Under the pieces are notes generated by a model that was not told the DNA's origin, ran no database searches, and saw only the letters and a list, made by a program, of their open reading frames with translations. This document shows, one piece after another, positions 49,994 through 60,308 of a stretch of DNA of 64,000 nucleotides. The stretch is from assembly GCF_000143415.4 (NCBI RefSeq), contig NW_003314311.1, forward strand, positions 124,001-188,000. The letters are read 5' to 3'. A program made the position numbers and the translations under genes. Source of the DNA: Selaginella moellendorffii (Eukaryota; Plantae; Lycopodiophyta). Numbering within the stretch: position 1 is the first letter of the stretch; every line of letters begins with the position of its first letter.

Positions 49994-51186
49994 TTGGGAC
50001 CGAGACCGAGACCGAGGCCAAGGCCGAGACCGAGCCCGAGCCCGAGTCCGAGTCCGAATCCGAGTCCGAGTCCGAGTCCGAGTTCGAGTCCGGAGCCTGA
50101 GAGGGTGAAAGCCCAAAGCGTTCGTCTCCCAGACCCTGGGGGGTTTGGTGAGCTCCAAAAGTATAGTAGGGGGAGGACTGCAGTGGAGCCAATTTGGCCA
50201 GGAAAGGCCAGTTTGGCCCAGGAAGGCCGGACCCAGTGTTGGGTGATGAGCTGCCCACTGGGAAGTCCAAGACTAGAGTGAACACAAACCGACAAGCGGG
50301 GTAGCTTGGTGAAGTGTTCAAGAGCCGGCTCTAGTTCCCCCGGGAGATCGACTGGCCGATGCTCCCAGTCCAAGTGTGGGTGGCACTACCTACTTGGATA
50401 CCTGGTGTGGCTCAACGGAACCCGCTCTAAGCCCATGGCTAGAGCACCCAAGGGCAGAAGGCGAGGAGAGTACCCAGGTGGCTCGCGTAAGGCCACGGTG
50501 TTCCGAAATGTTGTCCCAAAGGCCCAGACTGTGGAAAGGAAGAGGAGCAGTCCTCTGGGGTAGTGACCAAGGACACAGTCGTGTGGTGAGGAAGTCCCAG
50601 AGGACTGTGGGACTTAGTGGTCGGGCCTGTGGGTCTCGATCCAGTGGCAGTGTTGGCAAACACGGCCAGGGGCAGAAAGGGACTTAGTGGGGACTGACAG
50701 AGGGATATTGGGGAAGGCTATTCCCCTTGTCGGTGGGCATCCTAAGGATGCTAAGGAGTGGATCTGAGATGACCACTCACGGATGGTTTGCCTAGTCTTG
50801 GAGAGCCAAGACGGTGATGCAAGTGGTATTGGACTACCAGTGTGGCAAAGGTGATTGGGCATGGCCTTAGCGTAACGGGCTGCTATGTCGGTGGTACCTT
50901 TGAGTGTCAATCATAGGATCGGACACGTGGAGCACTTGGACCAAGTGCAAATGTTGAGTGGCATGGATGCCATTCTCGGGGCTAGCAAGTCCCAAGTCCT
51001 GGATTGGACTTATGGAGGTTGTGAATGAGACTCCTCCAAGTGGTCAGAGGTGTGGTTAAGTGACTAAAGTAGAATGGAAAATTTAGTCGCTTACAAGAAA
51101 CAACAATCCAAAGCAAAACAACTGACCCGGAGAAGGATGATAGTACCGCTGAGAGTACCAAAAAGGAGGTGTCCACTAGCGCTTAG
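49000..51186 (+). pseudogene. Small acidic Ser/Thr-rich ORF (~85 aa) interrupted by the solo LTR
   Basis: MASTKSVSEAEKETEK...APVTSE joins in frame across the AGAAA TSD to TTIQSKTTDPEKDDSTAESTKKEVSTSA*. Confidence 0.45.
49172..51095 (+). mobile_element. Solo LTR (1924 bp) of the 27228-34728 family
   Basis: TGTGAGAC...CGCTTACA with TSD AGAAA (49167-49171 and 51096-51100); satellite at ~49400-50095. Confidence 0.95.
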
Positions 51187-51888
51187 GCTTATAATGGCGT
51201 GTGCCCTCATGCCATTTACTTGATCACCAAATACCTTTTTCCCTTTGCACTAGTATATCTTAATACCGGTCTGAGAAATAGAATGGCATGTGCCCTCAGG
51301 CCTTTTACTAAATCACCTTTGAAAGAAATGCAAGCCTCTATGTCGTAAAAAAAAGGTACTAGAGAAATTCCTTAATAATATAAATGTTATTTAGTTTCAT
51401 GAAAATACACTAAGGGTCAAATGAGTTAAATGACTTCTTCAGACTAGCAATGCCTCTTGCTACACCTTCACAATTAGATTCGTTAGAAAAAGATAACATT
51501 GAATAATATCTAAATGTTCTCACCATTAAGTTATATGTCTGGCTAATAGGAATGACGTTCATCTTGGAAAGCTCACCACACGCTCAATGAACAAACAAAT
51601 AGTGTGTGCGCGCATGCCATCGCTCTTCTTTAGCTTCAGATTCGGCTTGTTCACCTTGACAATGAGATTTATTATACAACCAGATGGACTCAGTCTGGAC
51701 ATAAAGTCACCGCGCTAGTCACCATGCCCCAGATATGTCTAGCCCCTAGACAAAAAACATATAATTTCACGTCATTTTCAAATACTTGAAAATTTGTACC
51801 TAGTCCCATTTTACTGAATAAATCCCACTTTAACGAAATAGAGCATAAACTCTAGAAAAGAAAGTGGGTAAAGAAAGAAATATGTAGG

Positions 51889-52480
51889 TGTAAAGTTTGA
51901 AGATAGGTAGGAAAACCCAAACCTTGATATAAAAGAAAAAATGAAGAAAAGTGTGGAAAGAAAAAAAAATAGAAGAAAAAGAGTGAGTACCCAAAAAACT
52001 TAACCCATACCTAAATTTTGGCTCAGAAAAGTGTAATATGCAAATGCAATCTCATGATGACTTTAGGTATGCTCTAAAGATTGGCCAAAATCAAGAAAGA
52101 AAGATAGCTAGAAGAGAGGATGTATTGCCTAAAGGTGGTAAATGCAGAAATGATGAAAGATGGAGCCATATGGTGGAGTGCCGAGATGGTGGTGGTACTC
52201 TGAGAAGGTGGCCATCTCTAAAAGTGTTTGGCCTATGGTCTGATGTGTTGAATTGAAGAAAACCATAGTTGAAAAGGACAGCATTCACTAGTAAAGAGAG
52301 GTGGCATATGTCCACTGAGTGCTGGAGTAGGAGAAAGTGGCTTCAGCTTTTGTGGCCTCACCTAAGAACTCACTTAGTTGCCTTGAGTGAACAGATTCAC
52401 CTGGTTGGAAGAAAGTTGCTCCAGAAAAATTAGCATCTCATCGACAAATGGTCGGAATGATATCTTGAAAATAGCAAGTC
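51889..52480 (-). repeat. Partial LTR homologous to 34729-35550
   Basis: Shares aacttaacccatac, aaagtgtaatatgcaaatgca and ttcacctggttggaagaaagt. Confidence 0.85.
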
Positions 52481-52486
52481 CAATTC

Positions 52487-53690
52487 ACTCCATGCTTCTA
52501 TCCCTTCGTTCTTTGGGCTATACACTCGGGAGTCATTCCATGCTCTAGTGCCATCACTCCTTGGCTCCATGCTTGGGAGTTTGGCACTGTTACTTTGTTC
52601 AGTGACCTAAGGCCCTGAAACTCGGATTCCGCACCACTATCCTTTAGACATGTGGCATGTGTCACGTGGCATATGACACATGGCACATAGAGGGTTTAGG
52701 TTCTACTCCATGGTTATCTTATGGTAAATCACCATAGAATAAAGGGTAAAAACCACGTGCGCTACAATCAAATACCTTGAATACTGCAAATACTTGGGCA
52801 AGATAATTGGATTGACAGGAGCAATAAGGCTGTAAATGTCTCTAAAGCACAACAAGAAGAGCCCTTAGCCAAAATAAATAGCCTAGAACCCTTTACCTTA
52901 TCCACAAGTTGCTCAAAGTTGTCTAAAATGCTAGTGATAAAGAGAAAAAAGGTGGGGGGTTCCAAATGTATAGTAGGGAGAGTGGGTAGGTTAGGCATGG
53001 TTGACCAACCTGAGGCATAGTCTAGCTTTTGCTTGTGTGCCTGTCCTTGTTTTGCGTCTGGTTTGGGTTTAAGCCCAAGTTCTATTCCATGCTAGCTGGT
53101 GGAGTACCCATATCCTTGTGTTAGACCACTAGTATACCAAAATAGTGCCATACTCTATTTGGCTCCATTTTGCATGTTAGTTCTAGCATTGGGATGTTGG
53201 ATACTCTATAACTGTTCTAAGTCGCTCTATGCTTCTGTCCCTTCGCTCTTTGGGCTATACACTCGGGAGTCATTCCATGCTCCAGTGCCATCACTCCTTG
53301 GCTCCATGCTTGGGAGTTTGGCACTATTCCTTTGTTCAGTGGCCCAAGACCCTAAAACTCAGATTCCGCACCACTATCTTTTAGATATATGGCATGTGTC
53401 ACATGGCATATAACACATGGCACATAGAGGGTTTAGGTTCTACTCCATGGTTATCTTATAGTAAATCACTATAGAATAAAGGGTAAAAACCACATGTGCT
53501 ACAACCAAATACCTTAAATACTACAAATACTTGGGCAAGATAATTGGATTGACAGGAGCAATAAGGCTGTAAATGTCTCTAAAACACAAAAAGAAGAGCC
53601 TTTAGCCAAAATAAATGGCCTAGAACCCTTTACCTTATCCACAAGTTGCTCAAAATTGCCTAAAAAGTCAGTGATAAAGAAAAAAAGGTT
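52487..53690. repeat. Tandem duplication of an LTR 3' segment (~460 bp at 52487-52950 and 53226-53690)
   Basis: Near-identical direct repeats about 740 bp apart. Confidence 0.85.
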
Positions 53691-55576
53691 GTAAATAGAA
53701 GGAGATATAGGCCTCAAGCACATATAACTATTGACCTTTAGGGGTAGAGTAACTATCAACCTCTTGTGGTAACCAGTAATCAGTAACTAGTAACCAATAA
53801 CCTCTTTATTCTCATTCCTACTCTAGCACTTACTTTAGTGCCAACTCCTATTCTTGTGCCAACTCCTCTACTTACTCCAGTGCCAACTCCTACTTTCCTA
53901 AGCCTGCTCCTTTTACTCCTACACCTAGTCTTACTCCCTGAAGATTACTTCTTTCCCAAGAAACTCTAACCAAAGTTTAGCCCAAAAGAGAAAAATGAGT
54001 ACCCCAATCTTGATCTTTCACCATTTTTACTATAAGGAGGTTTATTAGAAAGACCTTAGCCTCATCTACCACATTACTCCAAGAATTTGCGATAAAAATG
54101 CCTCAATATCCTGCAAGATTCAAGAAAACATAGCCCAAAACACCAATTTTGTGGAAAAACATCTACGTATCACTAATCCAGATCAATACCAAGGCACCAT
54201 TGCTATTCTCTAAAAGCCTAGGACTAAAAGCACCTCTAGAAAAAAACAGCATGCAAAACAAAGCCCAAAGAAGCACGAATTCCTGCTACAAAGATGCCCC
54301 TATCTAGCTGGAGAAGAAAATCTTTTTACATGCCATAAATTTGCCTATATATAGCGCCAAAAATCACCACTACTTGTAGATCTAGGCTAGATCTATAAAC
54401 CCAAATACACTGTTTTGAGAAATTAGGCTGAGAATCTAGGCAAAAAAGTGAAAACCCCAAAATATTCACCAAACCTAACCAAGAAATGTTGTATCTCCTC
54501 AAATATTGCACAACTTGATGAGTGTTATACCTTGCCAGAAAGAAGAGCTTAAGACTTATCCAACATGCTCAAGATCAAGTAAAATTGCTATAAAAAGAAT
54601 AAAAAATCACTCTTCAAAATGTGAGACTGAAAGGAAAAGAGAGAAACTATGCCATAGAAAGCGATGCATAGTTATGCTAAATTAATTATTTGTTAGGGAA
54701 GAAAAGGCACCTCCTCCAATGCTTGCTCAAACATGAGAAATGCTTCAATGCTCTTCATAAATGCCCCCTTTGCCCTTCTGGGGCTAGGGTTTTATACAAG
54801 GAAGATGGGGAACATTCCAAGAATCAAAATATTCCCTCTTTCACTCTCCCACTCTCTAAGTGGCCAAACCGTAATAGAACCAATTATGAACATCCTACTT
54901 GGTTTCCATCCCTTTTCATTTGAGCTAATAAGAAGTGGTAGTTCAAAGAAGATGTTGCCATTGTATTTGGATGGGAGCTCGCTAGCGGGCCTATACAAAA
55001 ACGAGCGCAAGCCAGGAGAATTGGAAAGCATTCCAAACAACTTTAAATATCAATGAAGTTGAAGTTGGCAGATTCTTGACTAGTGATTGGAGATCCAAAA
55101 ATTTGAATCTCCTTGAACTTGGAATATTGCAAATCCCAATGCTATCCACTTTCATCCACACTCAAAAGAAGAAACTCCAATCATTCAACTACACTAATGT
55201 TATTGTGAATCATAGCTTCCAATGAAACAGAATCGAGAAAAAAATCGAAACCTCAACAAACAAAACTTTCTGAAACAAAACTTTGGGAAAAAGAAAGCAA
55301 TGGGTGATCTTGGTAATGCAAAAGAAAAACTCTCCATTTTATTGCCTTTAGGTTTTGGAAGTTTGAACTTTTATGATAAGGTCCGTCAAAAGTATAAAAA
55401 GACTATGCTGTTATACAATACTAAAATTCTATATTGTCTTCCAATCTTTTTACCAGATTCAAAAATATGCTCAAAGTTATCATGCCAAGTATTTAGAGTT
55501 AGAATGAAAAGAAATATCACCTCAAACATGTGTCATTACTAATATGCCATTATGAAACTTAAGGATGGTTTAGGGT

Positions 55577-56175
55577 TTAAACCCCCCCCCCCCCCCCTTC
55601 CCCCTTGAGGAACACACGCTTTGGGCTTTCACCCCAAACCACCCTTAGTACTAAGAGTTAGTCTCTGGGACAAGCTCAAAACTTACTAAATATGGAATGG
55701 CCTTAGATTGCAAATTTGGACATGGGACGAACACCATTGTGTTCAGGCCGACCTCTACATTCTGTAGACATGCTAAATGAGTGAATCTAGACACTTTCCA
55801 TAAATAGCATTTGGGACTGAAATGAGACTAACACAACGGGCGTGATAGCGAGCAAACACAATAAGCTATCATCCGGTGATATTGAGGGATTAGTCTCAAT
55901 ACGCGAGGGTTCTTGCCAAGCCAGTGCAAGACAGAGCAAAAGAGAACTAACAAGCCGGGCCAAGTATGCTTGGCTAAATAGACACTTAAGAATTCTTTCC
56001 TTATGCTCATCCAGCCAAGTATAGATGCTAAGTCCAGTTTACTAACACTTGGACAAAAGGGGCTATTGAAGGGAACCAGCAGTACCAACCTCCTGCCGTC
56101 ATGGCAGTAAAGAAAGAGTGCCCGTAAGGACTGACCAATAAGTATCTTTTGATACCCGAAGTCACATTTGCGACA
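55577..56175 (-). repeat. Inverted partial LTR of the 60309 family
   Basis: Reverse complement starts TGTCGCAAATGTGACTTC and is colinear with 60309-60920. Confidence 0.85.
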
Positions 56176-56949
56176 ATTCCTCTTGAAACACCAATATGCA
56201 ATGAACTCTTGAGGCATGGCATGAGAGATGGAGGTATATAGCTGACAACAATGAAGTTTCCAGTAGTGATAAAGTGAGCTTATCCTTGGGAATTGGAGAT
56301 GCCAGATTATGCACTAACCCATCGAGAGGTTGCAAAAGGCAACAATGAAGACATGCTGGATGACGAAGATGGTGGCCATAAGAATATTGACGCTGTTAGT
56401 GCCAATGGTGAGGAAAGTGAAAATGGTAATAAGAACGACTTGCAAGAAATTCATCAGGAGGAAGTGGAGCAAGAGAACCAAGACGTGCAAGAAGTTCTAC
56501 CATGACAAAGGCGTGCAAATCCACAATTGGAGGAATTAATCAATAATAATGATAATCATCCAAAGTTTACCTGTAACCAAGGAACTTCTCAAGGTATATT
56601 TCTCTTAATTCTCTCCTATTCTTAGTTCCTCAAAATGGTTGCAACAAGAATTGTCATAAGTAACTTCATTCTAGCTTGTCTTGATGCCTAAGAAGAGGTC
56701 TTGAAGGAACTTACATTTTTAACACACCACATGATAGTATGTAAATTTTTCTTAATTTCACATCTTAGCTTTGTCTTCTCCCTCTAAATTTACCTTGTTT
56801 CTCTAGTGGCATTCCGTGGTGAAGTTGGGATCTTTATTGGCTCCTACAATTCATTAATGGCATCTTTCAAGTAAAATGCTGAGAATATGGCTATTTGGAA
56901 AAAGTGGGAGCACTTTTATTAAAAGATCCATAGGTGACCACTTAAGAGT

Positions 56950-57644
56950 ATAAACTTCATGCTCTTTGATATGCTAGATGGTTTTCCAAACGCTGATGGT
57001 GATGTCCCAAGCTGGAACATCCTAACTAAAGACCACTTAAAGGATGCATTCCTTCTGGCAATAGTTCTCCTTCACACAACTAGTCAAGTTGCCTTCATTC
57101 TCTTGAATTACCATAATTGGATGTCCTGTCTTATATGGTATGCAATGCGAGTTAACTTCAAGATGTTCTCTTCCAGATGCATCATGGATAGTGTTCAAGT
57201 CAAGACCAAAGGCATCCTATGCATACCAAAGAAGGTTAGAAATCATCTTGTATTTTGGGTTGTCTTTAAAAACTTTATTATTCAGGTTATGATGTGGATG
57301 TGTTCTATAGAAGAGAAAATGAGGGTTTCCATGATAGTGAGCATGTTGCATGGGTTTTGCTAGGGTATGATATCTCTACTGACATCATACCAAATCTCGT
57401 AGACCACGACATCTGCAACACATTGTCTAGGTATTAATTCCAATCTCCATTGACAATGCATGTCCTACTTGAGCTTTATTGCCCAACTAAGGGTGTTGTC
57501 ATCGATTGTAGAGCAGGTAATGATTCGATAGTCAAGGTAGCATATGACTTTAGTAGATCAGTATTTGCAATTGAAGAGTATAAGTTCTTCAAATGCTGTT
57601 TTAGAGGTTTTCATCCTTCTCTATCAATTGCTTCTATGACGTAA
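56950..57644 (+). pseudogene. Degenerate N6A/N4C DNA methyltransferase-like remnant
   Basis: LFDMLDGFP....VPSWN followed by LLELYCPTKGVVIDCRAGNDSIVKVAYDFSRSVFAIEE, which resembles the beta-class LIxxxSxxGDxVLDxFxGxG...AAxxxxRxxxxxE. Confidence 0.45.
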
Positions 57645-59592
57645 TTTATGATGTTTTAAAAATTTATATGCAATATATATTTAGTTTTTTAGAAGTCTTC
57701 TTAGGTATGTATAGCATAGTATATACAATGTGAGTTTTCCCCTGAATTGAGAAGGAGTTATATAGAAAATCTATTTATCAATAATACAGTAAAAGAGAGT
57801 TGAATGCATCCACTTGCAATTAGAAAAGCATGTCACATATCAATGTGATAATGATAGTGATAGTGACAATGTCAGTGTTAGTGATAGTGACAGCCATAGT
57901 GTCAATGTCAGAAATAGTTACAATGCTAGTTTGTCAAATTTCATAATGACAAGTATATTACCTATAGGTGATACCATTTTAAAAAAAAAAGGGCAAGTGG
58001 GAGGGATGGATAATATTATAGTGTAAGAACTATTAATAGCTAGAAATTTAGTAGAGTGGCCTAAAAATACTATATTCAGCACTTGTGGATGTAGTATTTA
58101 CTAATGGAATATTTTTCCTCACTATAAAGTGATAATGGTTATGTGTTCTCAACTTTTTCTGGATTTTCCTATACATACCTTCCACACCAGTTCTTGGACA
58201 ATTGTGACATCTGTCTTATCCAAATAAAAGTAGCATATGGGACATTAAAGATAGTATGTGTTCATTCTTTCAAAAGTTTCAATTATATCTAGAGCAAGAA
58301 CTTGAAGAAACATCTGGCATCGCTCTTAAAGCACTTGAGGCAATTCATCTTTAGTAACAATATCTAGAATTATTATTTGGAAAAGAGATTTCTTGTTTAG
58401 TCACACTCGGGGTTACAAAAGGAAGAGCCTCACAACAATTGTTGTGTGGAGGGAAGGATGGAATGTTAGTAGAAGTTTAAACAAACTAAATTTTCAATGT
58501 TGAATGCATCCCTTATTAATAACTATACTAAGAAAAGATCTAGAGGTTCTTGAAAGTTTAGATTGTCAGTATCAAAAATGGGACTTCAAAATTATAACAA
58601 TGTCAGAACCTCTTGTATATATAATAATGTCTTTATACATGCCAGAATACTATCATTCTCAAAAATTTAAAATTCTTCACTTTACTCATAATGAATAAGC
58701 AAGGCTTTTTCTGCTTGTACTCATGTTCTTGCCCTTTCCTGCAAAATATTGATAAGCAAACATAGACAAGAATATAGGAGAACATAAGAAAAGAAGAAGA
58801 ATGATAAGAGAATAGAATAGAACTCAATATTGAACCCCAAAGGTGTAAGTAAGGATAAGTATATATCACTTTCTCAACTCTATTTTGCACAAACAGTCAT
58901 AGGCAAGAGAAAAGATGGTTAATTTAATGTAAATGCATATAATAGTGAGTGAGGGTTGTTTTTCAGCACATATAAGTGCTACTTATATACTAACCATTCC
59001 TAATTACTTTTTGCTTAAGTTGAGTTTTTCTTCTTTGGATGTCTAAGTTTATGCATAACTCCATTTTGCCTAAAGTTTCTTCTTTTATTCTGCTTGGGAT
59101 GATACACAAGATAAAACATTTACCTCTTCATTATAGCTACTATTGAATAGTCATATAATCTGACCTCTTTTTTGATGTTCCTTATTTCGTTAAAAAGGGT
59201 GTGACCCTATAAACAACTCTAATTGCTTCTTTACAGTAGTCTATCCAACCTTACTAATAGGTTTAGTTTGTTTGCTCATGAAGGTTAGGGCCTCTAACTT
59301 CTCTTTTATGTCACTTGCAAAAAAAGGCATAGCATCTTTTAAAAGCTAGGTGATACTCAGAGCAGCAAAGGTGGCTGACTCTATTGGTCATTTCCTTATT
59401 GATGATAGTCAGAAGTTGTTTGAGTGGTTGTGCATTTATGTTAAATAAGAAAGTTGCCCCCTAACTCATTTAATTTGGTGCATTTCTCATAAAACATGAA
59501 CACTATAACCTTTCTAAGAGTTCATTCTTTGGCAATGGTCTAAATTAGAGTATACATTGACAAGGATAACAATCTTCCCTAGGGGGGGAGAG

Positions 59593-60308
59593 TGTTGTAA
59601 ATATAATAGTAATGTTGAACCCTTTATCAAACCCTCTAATGCTACTAGAGTTTATTGGCATTTCAAGTATACTTGGATCGGATAAGCATAATGACAAAAT
59701 TTCTATGTGGTATTAACTAAATATACTTAGCCTAGTAAGGAATTCCTATCCCGTTATATCTTGCACTAACTAGTGATATAAACCCTTGTAATATTAAGCT
59801 TGGTCTCTTAATATTTTGCTATATAGTAACTTATTGTGTCTACCAAAACACCCTTGCTATCATACCCTATGTATCGGTATTAATGGCTATTTATGGAAAG
59901 TATTTAGATATATTAGTTAGGCATATCTATAGAATGTATAGATTGTTCTGAACACAATGGTATTGTTCCTATGTCCAAATTCACAATTTACCACCATTCC
60001 ATATTTAGTAAAATTTTGTGATTGTCCTAAAAACTAATTATTGGGAATGAGGTGAAAGCCCAAAACATGCATTCCTCAATATTGGGGGGGGGGGGATTTC
60101 TAGATATATAGTAGAGATAGTGGGTAGATCAAGCATGGTTGACCAACTTAAGGCATAGTTTAACTCTCAATTAATGGAGTACCCATATCCTCATGTTAAG
60201 CCAATATTATGTTAAACTACCTCCAAAGTCTGTTTAGCTATATTTTGCATGTTAGTCCTAGCATTAGATGCTGGAAGCTCTAGGATTGCTCAAACATCAA
60301 TCCATGCT
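59593..60308 (+). repeat. Older related LTR preceded by a PPT and truncated by the element at 60309
   Basis: PPT AGGGGGGGAGAG at 59581-59592, then TG; colinear with 60309-61100. Confidence 0.75.

Larger units (their letters stand above)
37767..51620. repeat. Dispersed 22-bp palindrome family, consensus ATGGCRTGWGGCCWCAYGCCAT (~27 copies)
   Basis: Starts at 37767, 37842, 39084, 39275, 39416, 40888, 42146, 42206, 42283, 43039, 43174, 43333, 43412, 44262, 44334, 44949, 45047, 45117, 46964, 47021, 48363, 48509, 48669, 48747, 51194, 51283, 51599, plus a half site at 48860. Confidence 0.92.
37490..51826. mobile_element. Large DNA-transposon-like element: Sola1-like transposase plus ParB/MTase-like gene, head-to-head, marked by ~27 22-bp palindromes; left end truncated
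   Basis: DDD transposase ORF; divergent second gene; palindrome confined to 37767-51620. The right terminus is only a candidate (…ACTGAATAAATCCC, 51826). No TIR pair or TSD verified. Confidence 0.7.

Noticed and set aside
37767-51620. Palindromic repeats as a CRISPR array
   Set aside because: Spacing is irregular (57 bp to >1 kb), copies are degenerate and lie in introns and CDS, there are no cas genes, and the context is eukaryotic.
51700-51830. Terminal inverted repeat of the DNA transposon
   Set aside because: No matching left-hand copy or TSD in the window; kept only as a candidate boundary.
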